From the NCBI RefSeq assembly GCF_964355755.1, contig NC_092675.1, positions 11,403,812 through 11,467,811 of the forward strand: a stretch of 64,000 bases of DNA, written 5' to 3'. Below the pieces are notes generated by a model, which was not told the DNA's origin, made no database searches, and worked only from the letters and a program-made list of their open reading frames with translations. Positions 1 through 13,700 of the stretch are shown here, in pieces. The position numbers and the translations under genes are program-made. Position 1 is the first letter of the stretch. Every line of letters starts with the position of its first letter. The stretch comes from Antedon mediterranea. Its lineage: Eukaryota > Animalia > Echinodermata.

Positions 1-1553
1 ATTTTTGCACTTTAAAATTTGAAACGCACGTTCGCGTGTAACTTTCTCTAGCACATGATATATATTAAAAATTTTGCTAAGTTTCAATTTAAAATGTTAT
101 TTGGTTTACGACCTATGTTAAATACGCTAAATTCGTAAAATCGCACGTAAATCACTTTGAAATTAGACGCAAGGCAAACTTAAGCATGAACAAACGAAGA
201 ATAACAGTACCTTGTCTATTACTGTATTATTATTCACAAGAAGTAGACAACGATGAGTATCTAGATCAGGATTAGGGCCTACACGTTGTAGCTACACTAC
301 ACTTAAGATTAGCCTGGATTATAGTCACGTGATATGCAAATCAAATTGTTTCAAACTTGTCTCCATTAATTCATGTAAAGTATAGGAGCAACAAAATACT
401 TTCATGTTTTTCTTATATTTAAACAAATGTAATTACACATTAATTTACAGTGAAATATCGACGTGCACAGCGTACAGAAGTACTTGCGTCAAAGAATATT
501 GCGCGCGCGTGCGCTAGTACATTATAACGTTCGATTGATTGATTTTGGAACAAAACATCCCATAACTACGTCCCATTTAATAACAATTATGTAATATTTT
601 CAATTCATAGAGCATGCTTTGATGTCAAAATAAAATAATAAAGTTTCGTGGATATATTTGTTAATATACTGTTACTGAAAAGGGTATGAACAATTATTTA
701 AATAATAAAGGCAAATTATTACAAATGAAATTATGAACAAGTCTACGAGTCTCTGAATGTTAATAACGTTGGCGGCGCAGTTTGTGTAAAAAACACACAG
801 AAAGCCATTGTACTTAAAGAGAGGTGAATTTGTGTGTTTTTTGTATTGGTTCATACTTTGATGTATCCTAACTTCCATGTAGGCCCTAGCATTTATTTTT
901 TTGTTATTATAAAATATATATATATATATTTTAACAAATCAATACCATTAATAAAATTAATTACTAAAATGAAAACGGAATCTAAGCGTTACTTCATAGA
1001 CAACAAAATCTAAAAATAGTGCATGAACTATAATAGGAAAACGCTATACAAAAGAGACGCGCGCGCCCTCATCGTGCGAATTCTTTGACACAAAAATGGC
1101 TTCTAATTTTCAATGTCGGCCATATAATCTACAGCGCCCGCCCTCATCATGACAACATAAACAATTTTAAATTCTTTTTCGGCAAAAAAAAGAAAAGGCT
1201 AGGCCTAGCCTAGGCCTAGAGCGTAGTAAATTGAGTAATATAAGTTCTGAGGTGTGTATATTTTGCTTCTTTTATCTAGGATAATTAATAAATATTCTAG
1301 GCCTAGGCGTAGGCCTATATATAGGCTAAGTAAGTACTACTGTAGCGTATGTAGTTTGCTGAGTTAAAAGAGAAAAGGTAAGGCTAAAGCCTAGCTAGGG
1401 CCTCTAGGCCTAGGCCTAGGCCTACTAGGCCTAAAAATGTGGACCTGGCCCTAGGCTCCTAGGCCTACTCTACCTAGCTTAGGTCCAGGGTAGATGTACC
1501 AGACCTCGGCAGGTTACAGGGGAATTCGTTATTTTTGGTGTATTTTTTAAAAC

Positions 1554-3034
1554 CAGTGTTATGCGCGATTTGAACGATTTGCGCAATTTGAAATTGGGCA
1601 AAAAAAATCTTTGCGCAATTTGAATTGAAACATGTGTTTCAAATTGCGCAAGCAACGTATTAAATTGCGCAAGTAATCTGCAAATTGCGCAAGGTTTTTC
1701 GACAGATTGTGAAATCATGCACACCCATATTTTTATAGTAATTTCTAAGAATGATTCAAAATTAAAGATAAATATCGCATTTCCTTATTTTTGTAGTGCA
1801 AATATTGTTATAAGTTAGCATACCGTCGAAGAACCGACGAAGGAAAACGAAGCGGTGGTGTTCCACCAGGCGGGCGCGGCGCGGGCGGCCGGCTATAGCC
1901 TACTACTCTAGCCTAGCTAGGGTCTGGACTACTGATACTGACTAGGTTACATGGCCTAGCTTAAACTAATATTAAAAACTTAAAAAGTGAGTATTAAACA
2001 TTATCTTCATTGAAATGGTCTTATTTATACCGTACTGACGCGGGTATAAGCCCACCCCCCTCGAACATGAAATCACGTCAAGTTTGGGGGGTGGGCTTAT
2101 ACCCGAGGATCCAAAAATGCAGATCGTCAAAAACAGCACATGTACACTGTGTATTCCACCATGCGAGCGAGCGCCCTCACGTGTAAGACGTTTCCTCGAG
2201 GTGTAGACGTTACACGAGGTGTAGAGTGTCGGAAAATTAAGTTTATAGTTCGTGTAATTTATCGTAGAATATCTTATTTTAAACATCAATTTAACAAGAA
2301 TTTATCAAGCAGAAAAGCAAGTATACAATGTTCGTTAAATAGAAATGTACCAAAGAAATTTAATAAGCTTGTTTATGGCAGCCGATACGAAATAGTGGTT
2401 TTCCGTTTTGGCGACTTGTAGCGTCGTGTGTGAAGCGATCTTCGACCGCGATGGAGTGTAAACAAAACAGGACCGCTAGGCCTCATATGGCCTAGCGTAT
2501 ATTAGCCTAGCTTGGTTATGATCAAAGGTAGGTGTATTCGGTGTATGGACGTCGCCAAATACAAAATAATGTATTACGACACACACTGTAGATCTTCGAA
2601 TTAATGGGTGGGCTTATACCCGAGTGCCTCATTTTTCATGAAAATTAGTCAAAAGTCGGGGGTGGGCTTATACCCGAGTATGGGCTTATACCCGCGTCAG
2701 TACGGTAATAAAATACTAAATTTTAAACTCCTCTGCCTAGGCCTAGCCATGTATGGGAAAATTTACAGTTCGTTTTCAAATTGCGCAAAGGTGTCATATT
2801 GCGCAAGAACTATCTTGCGCAATTTACAAATTGTGCAGCGCAATTTAAAATTGCGCAAAGATTTTCTTGCGCAATTTGAAATTGCGCAAGTTGATTGCGC
2901 AATTTAAAATTGCGCAAAAAAATCCTTGCGCAATTTTAAATTGCGCAAGAATTCTTTGCGCAATTTCAAATTGCGCAAGGATTTTTTTGCGCAATTTCAA
3001 ATTGCGCAAATCGTTCAAATCGCGCATAACACCA
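1554..3034. mobile_element. MITE with arrays of subterminal AATTGCGCAA motifs
   Basis: Inverted ends GTGTTATGCGCGATTTGAACGATTTGCGCAATTTGAAATTG and CAATTTCAAATTGCGCAAATCGTTCAAATCGCGCATAACAC. Many TTGCGCAA palindromes at 1580-1695 and 2780-3010. Outer bases and TSD are uncertain. Confidence 0.7.
2030..2705. mobile_element. pogo/Tigger-like (Tc1/mariner) MITE
   Basis: TA|CCGTACTGACGCGGGTATAAGCCCA ... TGGGCTTATACCCGCGTCAGTACGG|TA, with a TA TSD and internal GGGCTTATACCCG repeats. Confidence 0.9.
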
Positions 3035-3039
3035 GCACA

Positions 3040-3915
3040 AAATATTTTGGCGCTAGTTCCTATTCGCACCTGTCGTTTATTTCGACTCAAAATTGGTTAA
3101 GTAACTTTATTGAGAGTACCACACCTTAGAATTAGGCCTAAAAATACTTTTACGAAGAAGATCACACAAAAATTAAGAAAATAAATCCTTTAAATTGATG
3201 AATTTACAGACGTGTTTCTCGCGCATCGGTTCGTGAATTTCGCATACTCCATGTTTAATGTTGTTGTTTCTATGGAGCGCCAAAAGAGCAATCATAAAAT
3301 CAGCTAAAAACTCAGTATAATGCGTATATTTAATGCATTTATTGGTGAAAATTACGTTAAATTTTATCATATTTTGTCAATGTCAATGCAACAAAAATAT
3401 TACTGTTGATACTGAACTGTACATGGTTTTTGCAGGAACTTTTAGGAATGAAAATCAACAAATTCATCATCATATTACATGTACTGTAGGGGTATACCTG
3501 ATCTAAATAGTATTCCTCTTAGTCTTACTCTTAACTTAGGCCTATTCGAAAACAGCACATTACAGCATTTTTATTGACAAAATATATTAAAATTAAACGT
3601 GTATTTCAATTATAAATACATTAAAAGAAGACGCATTCCACCGAGTTTTTAACCATCTATTGTTATTGCTCTTTTGGCGCTCCATAGATTCGAAAATATT
3701 GAACTTCGAGTATGCTAAATTCGCGAACGGTATGTGAGAAACATGTCTGTAAAATCAATTTATTTGTTACTTTTTATTGATTGTGATTCTTCTTCATAAA
3801 AGTACTTATGAGGCCCAATTTTAAGGTGTGGTATTCACAATAAGTTACTTAACATTTTGGGGTCAAAAGGAAGTCGAAATTCAAACAGGTGCGAAACGGA
3901 ACTAGCGCCAATATT
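3040..3915. mobile_element. Foldback element with long degenerate inverted arms
   Basis: TGGCGCTAGTTCC..TTCGCACCTGT mirrors ACAGGTGCGAA..GGAACTAGCGCCA. TATGGAGCGCCAAAAGAGCAAT (about 3270) mirrors ATTGCTCTTTTGGCGCTCCATA (about 3665). Confidence 0.7.
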
Positions 3916-3943
3916 TTTTGGTAGAGTTTTTACTATTCATATA

Positions 3944-4620
3944 CGCCATGGCTAAAGATACGGTACCGTATCCTAACTTCCGTTTACTAAAGGAATTATA
4001 ATTAAATGTTGAAAATTGTGTTGTCTAGTTTATTCGTCCATAGTTACTATGAGGGTTTTATATTTATTCCAAATGGACTAGTTAGGCCTATATTTTTTTT
4101 ATTAAACTTTGTTTACCGATGGTGACCATAAACAACAAGCAAATGCGGACAATAAAGGGGCCCTCAAATACTATGATTTAGACAGTAGCCCCAGGGCTGA
4201 GTGACAGAAATCAGCGCACACGCAGCAGCTGGCCCCAGCCTGGCACCGCTTTCTACACAAACAAACTCATATAATGAGGATAGTACATAGTAAGTAGGCC
4301 TAGGCCTCTTTTGAAACGGTTTTCTCTATTCTAGAATCAAAATCAACATGTTTTGGCTTTTCAATAATAACAGATGTAGGCTATACATTTAGTTTTTGTC
4401 ACACACGACGGCGATAATAGCGATAAATGAAGCATTAAGAAAATGTTAAGCGGTTGATCACTGTTTTCGCGATATGAAAAAAAATCCATATAAAAAAGTC
4501 CTTATACGATGACGTCACACACGTACCAGCACTCCATTGGCTGATTATGACGTAATGCAATTTTACCGTACCTTTAGCAAATGGAAGTTAGGACACGGTA
4601 CCGTATCTTTAGCCACGGCG
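3944..4620. mobile_element. MITE with TIRs of about 45 bp
   Basis: CGCCATGGCTAAAGATACGGTACCGTATCCTAACTTCC versus GGAAGTTAGGACACGGTACCGTATCTTTAGCCACGGCG. Confidence 0.8.
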
Positions 4621-5901
4621 ATTTATATAAGTAGTAAATACAGTGTGAATTATCAAATAAATATTTATAATTAACAAACAATAATAAAAAATGTGATTTT
4701 TATTTATGTACCTAACCTTGGCATGTGTGTGCCAATCCTCGGCATACGCTGCCCAAGCAAGCCCTGAAATTATGTGCGAGCGTTTGCGCAATCGATCGTC
4801 GATGAAATAGCAGGCCTAACTTGGCTAGGCCTAGCCATGGCCAGATGTGAAATAAATGAGTCAAAAAACAGCGATATTAACTTTATTTTACCAACAATTA
4901 TATTTTGAATAAAATTTAATAAACAACATTGCAAACAATTTCATTTAATTAGTTCTGTTAGGTGCCGAAGTCTGGCACATATCATTAATTATCAACACCC
5001 CTCATAAACCCTATAAATTTTCATTGGTTTGAAAATGGAATATTCTGGAATGCTGCTACAATACAGTAGGAGCCTATTTCAATCTCAGACATGTCCCTCG
5101 TATGTTATTTTTCCTATCCTGGAATTTTAAATGGAACAGTCACATGTTAGCTGATTGATCTATTTTGCTGACATTTTCAGGTTTCAATGTTTATGGCTAC
5201 TGGCAGACATGTTTCGCTGTTGTCTAGTAAACGATCGGTGGTTTATATTTACCACCTATAAATAAAGTATATTATACTTTAAAATAAAAAAAAAAATCAA
5301 TTAATTATTTATAACTATAATATAAACAAAACCTGCCGAGGTTTGGCACATTCCCTATGTCTGGTACATCTACCCTACTAGATAGAGGGCTTACTTATTA
5401 TATCCGGGCTGTTGCTACAACACTCCAGTACTAACTAGGCCTCAGTAGGTAGGCGAGTTAGTAGACTAGGCTAATAGTAGAGGGAACAGACAATCGGGTC
5501 CATTGTAAGACGATCAGGCCCAAAGTGCGAGATGATTTTGCCCAACAAGGTTTTAAGACGATCGGAACCAGAAACGATCAGGCCCAGACGATCGGGCCCA
5601 ACAGGTAAGACGATCGGGTATATTTTATTTTGGTCGCAATAAAACCAACTTTTGGAATTTTTTATGGCGCGCGCCACTCTTTAATAGTTCAATTTTTATC
5701 ATAGCGATCATGGTTTTTAAATATATTGGGTTTTATTGCGTTTATTTGTATTTGACTCGCGCACTAAATACATGTTCGTGATCACTATACATTTCGTAAT
5801 CGTTTTTATATTAGGTATGCCTACTGTAGATTATTTATTTTACTGTTTTTATTTTTTCTGTTTTATTTTACTATTTTACTGACGATGAGTATTAATGCTA
5901 A

Positions 5902-7755
5902 TTAGTTATCCGCTTGGTATACCAAGCGGATAACTCCTTGTTATTGTATGAGATCAACAGTTTTTTTCTGTATTATTAGTTATCCGCTTAGTAGCGGATA
6001 ACTCCTTGTAATCGTCCTGTTACTTTTTTTTTAGTTATCCGCATTCAGCGGATAACTCCTTGTAACTGTCCTGTTACTTTTTTTAGTTATCCGCATTTAG
6101 CGGATAACTCCTTGTAACTGTCCTGTGTCTTTTTTGGCATTATTCTTCAGTCTTTCTCCCTCACTTTTTGTGCAGAGCGTATCTCTAAAATGGGTAAACA
6201 TAACATTTCATAACTTTGTCAACATATGGGCATTTACGTGAAGTTGTGCACCTCCTATTTTTGAATGACGTCATAGTTACGCAACGTGACTTACGCGTGA
6301 TTTTATGATTTTTTAAAATTGATCATAGATTTAAAACCAAGCGTAATTTTGTTTTTACACTTTGTGAAAATTTAAGTCATATCAAGGGCAAACTTTTTGT
6401 GCACAAAAAATGGCATGTTTTACAAGAAGTTACGCGCGCACGCGCGTTTGAAATTTTAAAATGCGAAAAATCAATTTCTAATCAACTTTCTACGCGTTTC
6501 ATGTCATTTTAAGCATGTCAAAAATTCCCACGCGTGCGCAAATTTTTACGTGTGCGGTGCGCACGTAGCATTAAAGACATACTTTTTTTGCGTGATTTAT
6601 GTTTTTCCAGCCTTTTCTAGTAATTTTACCAACTTTTCCAACAATTTCGACTTAAAATTACATCATACGAGCACGTCCAATTGGATAATTTGTGCGCGTT
6701 TTTGATCAATAAGTTCAAAAAATCGTCAAAATTATGCCTTTTTTTAAACAGGCATAGTTTCTAAACTAAACGGTGAAAGTTATTTTTATTACGTATTCTG
6801 GAAGTTGATGAGTTGTAGATATCGGATCAAACATTAATGTGGCTATCCGGACATTGTGACGTCATCGTATGGCCACACGAATGTAAAATATGGGATTTCT
6901 GTCTCTTTCGTTTTTGCTCATCACATTCAATGGAGCGCATCTCCACTTATCCGTTTTTCATTTTCTCCGAGATTTTAATAGTGTCTAGGTCAATCAACTA
7001 TCTTTCGTATGAGTTAAAAATATTATAATTTTTATGACGTCATCATATCTAAAAATGTAAATCATATTTTCACGTATTTTCATCTTTACAGTAAATTTTA
7101 ATCCGTTATAGCTCGTAAGAATAAAATGTGATAATTAAAGATTAAAATGTTTTCTGGAAGCTATTGGATTGTAGATATGAAATCATGTGAACATTTTGCC
7201 AATCGGATGTTGTGACGTCATTATATGGCCAGTTAAATAAAAACAGTCGTATTTTCATCTTTTGCGTCATAGTTCATTACATTTAAAAGAGCGCGCATCA
7301 ATATTTCACGTATTCAAATTTCTTCTACACGTTAATATGTTGTTACTGAGATAATTTCCTCCCGAAATTGCTATCTTAGTGTTTCATTTTGATACCGTAA
7401 CCATGTTAAAAATTTGAATAAATTGCGGGTTACGTAATTTCACCTATTCTACACTGTATGTAATATGTATACAGATTATACTGTATTTACTATATGACAC
7501 AAAATAGACTGAATTCAGCACTAACAACGTATGATATTCTTCAGTTCAGGTCATAATCTTTATCTGCTGTGTGCAATATTCCAACGTATGACGTGCACGT
7601 GGCGTTTGTCGTGCGGATAACTAACTCGTCAAAGTGACGAGTTTCATGTCTAGTTTTTTAGTTATCCGCTTAGTAGCGGATAACTCCTTGTAATCGTCCT
7701 GTTACTTTTTTTTGGTTATCCGCACTTGGCGGATAACCTCTTGTTATTGTCAGGA

Positions 7756-7790
<35 letters not shown>

Positions 7791-10700
7791 CTTTTTAGTT
7801 ATCCGCATTCAGCGGATAACTCCTTGTAACTGTCCTGTGTCTTTTTTTTTTTTTTCATTATTCTTCAGTCTTTCTCCCTCACTTTTTGTGCAGAGCGTAT
7901 CTCTAAAATGGGTAAACATAACATTTCATAACTTTGTCAACATATGGACATTTACGTGAAGTTGTGCACCTCCTATTTTTGAATGACGTCAGTGTTGCGC
8001 AACATGACTTACGCGCGTTTATATGAATTTACAGATAATAACATAGATCGAAAACCATATAACAATTTAAATTGAAACTTTGCAAAAGTTTAATTTATAT
8101 CAGGCGCTAACTTTCTGTTGAGAAAAAGTTGTGTGTTTTACACAAAGTTACGCGCGCACGCGCATTTAAAATTTCAAAATGCGCAAAATTAATTTCTAAT
8201 CAACTTTCTACGCGTTTCATGTCATTTTAAGCATGTAAAAAATTCCCACGCATGCGCAAATTTTTACGTGTGCGGTGCGCACGTAGCATTAAAAACATAT
8301 ATTTTTCGCGTGATTTATGTTTTTCCAGCCTTTTCTAGTAATTTTACCAACTTTTAAACAATTTCGACTTAAAGTTACGTCATACGAGCACGTCGAATTG
8401 GACAATTTGCGCACGTTTTTGATGAAAAAGTACAAAAATTTGTCAAAATTATGCCTTTTTTTAAACAATCGTAATTTCTAAACTACACGGTCAACTTTTT
8501 GTGGATGACATATTCTGGAAGTTGATGAGTTGTAGATATCGGATCATGTATTAATATGGCTAACCGGACATTTTAACGTCATCGTATGGCCACACGAATA
8601 TAAAATTGAGGATTTTTGTATCTTTCGTCATAGCTCATCACATTTAATAGAGCGCATCTCCACTTATACATTTTCCATTTTCACCCCGATTTTGATATTG
8701 TCTAGGTCAATCAACTATCTTTCGCATGAGTTAAAAATATTTTAATTGTTTTGACGTCATCGTGCCTAAAAATTTAAATTACATGTGGCATTAATTTCAT
8801 CTTTACAGTAAATTTTAATCTGTTATAGCTCGTAAGAATAAAATGTGATAATCACGATTAAAACGTTTTCTGGAAGCTATTGGATTGTAGATACGAAATC
8901 ATGTAAAAAAATTTTCAATCGGATGTTGTGACGTCATCATATGGCCCGTTAAATAAAAAAAGTCGTATTTTCATATTTTGCGTCATAGTTCATCACATTT
9001 AAAAGGGTGCGCATCTATATTTTACGTATTCAAATTTCTTCTACACGTTAATATGTTGTTCCTAAGATAATTTCCTTCTGAAATTGCTATCGAAGTGTTT
9101 CATTTTGATACCGTCGCCATGTTAAAAATTGGAATAAATGGCGGGTCCCGTAATTTCACCTATTCTACACTGTATGTAATATGTATACAGATTATACTGT
9201 TTGCATGTATACTATATGACACAAAATTGACAGAATTCAGCACTAACAGCATATCATATTCTTCAGTTCTTGTCATAATGCCATAATCTTTATCTGTGTG
9301 CAATATTCCAACGTATGACGTGCACGTGGCGTTTGTCGTTGTGCGGATAACTAACTCGTCAAAGTGACGAGTTTCATGTCTAGTTTATTCTTCTTTCTTT
9401 CCCAGAATTTTGTTGCGCGTATATCTCTAAATCTTCTCAACATAACATTTTGTAACTTTATCAGAAGATTGATCTCTATCTGAATATGTCGTAATAAGGT
9501 TTTCGGTACCGTTTGAGTTGCGCAGCGTAAGTTACGCGCGATTTTATGAATTTCGCGTATTTAATTTAGATCGAAAACTATTAAACCATTTAAATTGAAA
9601 CTTGGCAAAAGTTTAATTTATATCATGCGCTAACTTTCTATGGAGAGAAAATGGCATGTTTCAAAGAAAGTTACGCGCGCACGCGCGTTTAAAATTTCAA
9701 AATGGGAAAAATCAATTTCTAATCAACTTTCTACGCGTTTCATGTCATTTTGAGCATTTCAAAAATTCCCACGCGTGCGCAATTTTTTTACGCGCACGTG
9801 CGCACGTAGCGCAAAAACATCATTTTTTTGCTTGATTTTTGTTTTTCCTGTCTTTTTTAGAAAATTTACCAACTTTCAAACAATTTCGACTTAAAATCAC
9901 GTCATACGAGCACGTAGAATTAAACAATTTACGCGCATTTTTGATGAAAAAGTTCAAAAATTTGTCAAAATTATGCCTTTTTTTAAACAATCATAGATTC
10001 TAAACTACGTGGTGAACTTTTTTATAATTACATATTCTGTTAGTAGATTAGTTGCAGATATCAAATCATGCATCAATATGGCTAACCGGACATTGTGACG
10101 TCATCGTATGACCACTCGAATATAAAATAAATGATTTTTGTCTCTTTCCTCGTAGCTCGTCACATTTAATATAGCGCATCTCCACTTATTTGTATTCCAT
10201 TTCCCCCCATTTTTTTATGTTGTCTAGCTCTATCAATTATCTTTCGGACGATTCACCATTTTCAAAATTGTGATGACGTCATCATGTTCAAAAGCGTCAA
10301 TAACTTTGGTCACTTATTTTCACCTATTCTGCACTGTATGTAGTACGTATACAGTATATAGTGTATACCGTATATACTCAGACGTGACGAAAAATAGAGA
10401 GCGCACTGAAATTGTTTCAATGACTTAATCGTTTTTCTGCGCGCAATATTTTAACGTATGACGTGCGCGTGGCCTTTGCGCTGCGGATAACCTAACTCGT
10501 CCGTAGTGACGAGTTCAAATCTAGTTTTTCTTATTTCTTTCTCCCCCATTTTTGTGTCTCACGTATCTCAAAAACTTCTAAACATAACATTTCATAACTT
10601 TGTCAACATATGGGCATATACGTGAAGTTGTGCACCTCCTATTTTTGAATGACGTCAGAGTTGCGCAACGTGACTTACGCGCGATTTTATGATTTTTTAT

Positions 10701-13700
10701 GATTGACCATAGATTAAAAACCAAACGTAATTTTGTTTTGACACTTTGTGAAAATTTAAGTCATATCAAGTGCAAATTTTCTATGGATTAAAAATGGCAT
10801 GTTTTACAAGAAGTTACGCGCACACGCGCATTTAAAATTTCAAAATGCGCAAAATTAATTTCTAATCAACTTTCTACGCTGATCATGACATTTTAAGCAT
10901 GTCAAAAATTCCCACGCGCGCGAAAAAATTTACGCGTAAGGGGCGCACGGAGTATGAAAACCATGTTTTTTTTCTGGAATTTTGAGTGTCCAGCCTTTCG
11001 TAGTCATTTTAAACAAGATTGACATCATTTCAAGTTAAAATGACGTCATACGTACACGTTGATTTAGACCATTTGCATGCGTTTTAGTTGCAAAAGTGAC
11101 AAAATATTGTCAAAATTATGCCTATTTTGAATCTATTATAGCTCGTCAGGATCAAAGGTGACCCCAATTTGTTTTAACTTATTATGCAAGAAGATAAATT
11201 GTAGATATAAATTCATGCAGAATTTTTACCTCTCGGAAGTTATGACGTCATCGTATGGCCACACGAATGTAAAATATAGGATTTTTGTATCTTTCGTCAT
11301 AGCGCATCTCATTTAATAGAGCGCCTCTCCACTTATACGTATTCCATTTTAACCCAGATTTTGACATTTTCTAGGTCAATCTACTATTTTACGCATGAGT
11401 AAATTTTTTTTAAATTTTTATGACGTCATCATGTCTAAAAATGTAAATAACGTGGGTCACTTATATTTATCTTTACAGTAAATTTTAATCTGTTATAGCT
11501 CATCAGAATAAAATGTGATAATCACGATTAAAACGTTTTCTGGAAGCTATTGGATTGTAGATACGAATTCATGTAAACATTTTGCCAATCGGATGTTGTG
11601 ACGTCATCATATGGCCAGTTGAATAAAAAAAGACGTATTTTCATATTTTGCGTAATAGTTCATCACATTTAAAAGGGTACGCATCTATATTTTACGTATT
11701 CAAATTTCTTCTACACGTTAATATGTTGTTCCTGAGATAATTTCCTTCTGAAATTGCTATCCAAGTGTTTCATTTTGATACCGTCGCCATGTTAAAAATT
11801 GGAATAAATGGCGGGTCCCGTAATTTCACCTATTCTACACTGTATGTAATATGTATACAGATTTTACTGTTTGCATGTATATACTATATGACACAAAATT
11901 GACAGAATTCAGCACTAACAGCATATCATATTCTTCAGTTCTTGTCATAATGCCATAATCTTTATCTGTGTGCAATATTCCAACGTATGACGTGCACGTG
12001 GCGTTTGTCGTGGTGCGGATAACTAACTCGTCAATGTGACGAGTTTCATGTCTAGTTTTTCTTTCTTTCTCCCTCATTTTTGTGGCTCGCGTATCTCAAA
12101 AACGTGTAAACATAACATGTTATAACTTTGTCAGCATGAGGGCATTCAGGTGAAGTTGTGCACCTCCTATTTTTGAATGACGTCAGAGTTGCGCAACATG
12201 ACTTACGCCGTTTTTACGAATTTCGCATTTTTAACATAGATTGAAAACCATATAGCAATTTAAATTGAAACTTAACGAAAGTTTAATTGATATCTTGTGC
12301 TAACAGAATGTGAAAAAAAAATGGCATGTTTCACAGGAAGTTACGCGCGCACGCGCGTTTAAAATTTCAAAATGCGAAAAATCAATTTCTAATCAACTTT
12401 CTACGCGTTTCATGTCATTTTGAGCATGTAAAAAATTCCCACGTACGCGCATTTTTTTACGCATGCGGTGCGCACGTAGCGTTGAAAACCATTTTTTTCG
12501 CGTGATTTATGTTTTTCCAGCCTTTTCTAGTAATTTTACCAATTTTTGAACAATTTCGACTTAAAATTACGTCATACGGGCACGTCGAATTGGATAATTT
12601 ACGTGCATTTTTGATGAAAAAGTTCAAAAAGTCGTCAAAATTTGTCAAAATTATGCCCTTTTTTAAACAGTTATAGTTCCTAAACTAAACGGTGAAAGTT
12701 ATTTTTATTGCATATTCTGAAAGTTGATGAGTTGTAAATTTTGAATCATGCATTAATATGGCTAACCGGACATTGTGACGTCACCGTATGCCCACGCGAA
12801 TATAAAATATAGGATTTTTGTATCTTTCATCATAGCGCATGACATTTAATAGAGCGCATCTCCAATTATCTGTTTTCCATTTTTACCCCGATTTTTATAT
12901 TATCTAGGTCAATGAACTATCTTTCGTATGAGTTAAAAATATTTTAATATTTATGACGTCATCATGTCTAAAAATGTAAATAACGTGGGTCACTTATTTT
13001 CGTCCTTACAGTAAATTTCAATCTGTTATAGCTCGTCAGAATAAAACGTGATAATCATGATTAAAACGTTTTCTGGAAGCTATTGAATTGTAGATACGAA
13101 TTCATGTAAACATTTTGCCAATCGGATGTTGTGACGTCATCATATGGCCAGTTGAATAAAAAAAGGCGTATTTTCATATTTTGCGTAATAGTTCATCACA
13201 TTTAAAAGGGCGCGCATCTATATTTTACGTATCCCAAATTTCTTCTACACGTTAATATGTGGTTGCTGAGATAATGTCCTTCCGAAATTGCTAACTTAGT
13301 GTTTCATTTTGATACCGTCGCCATGTTAAAAATAAGAATAAATGGGGGGTCTCGTAATTTCACCTATTCTACACTGTATGTAACATGTATATACCGTTTG
13401 CACTGTATATACTATATGACACAAAATAGACTGAATTCAGCACTAACAACGTATGATATTCTTCAGTTCAGGTCATAATGCCATAATCTTTATCCGTGTG
13501 CAATATTCCAACGTATGACGTGCACGTGGCGTTTGTCGTGCGGATAACTAACTCGTCAAAGTGACGAGTTTCATGTCTAGTTTTTTTCTTATTTCTTTCT
13601 CCCCCATTTTTGTGTCTCACGTATCTCAAAAACTTGTAAACATAACATTTCATAACTTTGTCAACATATGGGCATATACGTGACGTTGTGCACCTCCTAT

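Larger units (their letters stand above)
1487..5376. mobile_element. Non-autonomous TIR element enclosing several nested MITEs
   Basis: AGGGTAGATGTACCAGAC at 1487 and GTCTGGTACATCTACCCT ending 5376. The subterminal CTCGGCAGGTT is also mirrored (AACCTGCCGAG near 5330). No clean TSD. Confidence 0.6.

Noticed and set aside
2780-3010. CRISPR-like array of AATTGCGCAA repeats
   Set aside because: The units are short, alternate in orientation and have no unique spacers. They are subterminal motifs of a MITE in eukaryotic DNA, and no cas genes are present.
7758-7790. Poly-T run as a retroposon tail
   Set aside because: It occupies the T-tract position found behind the other HINE heads, and no separate retroposon body or TSD is attached.
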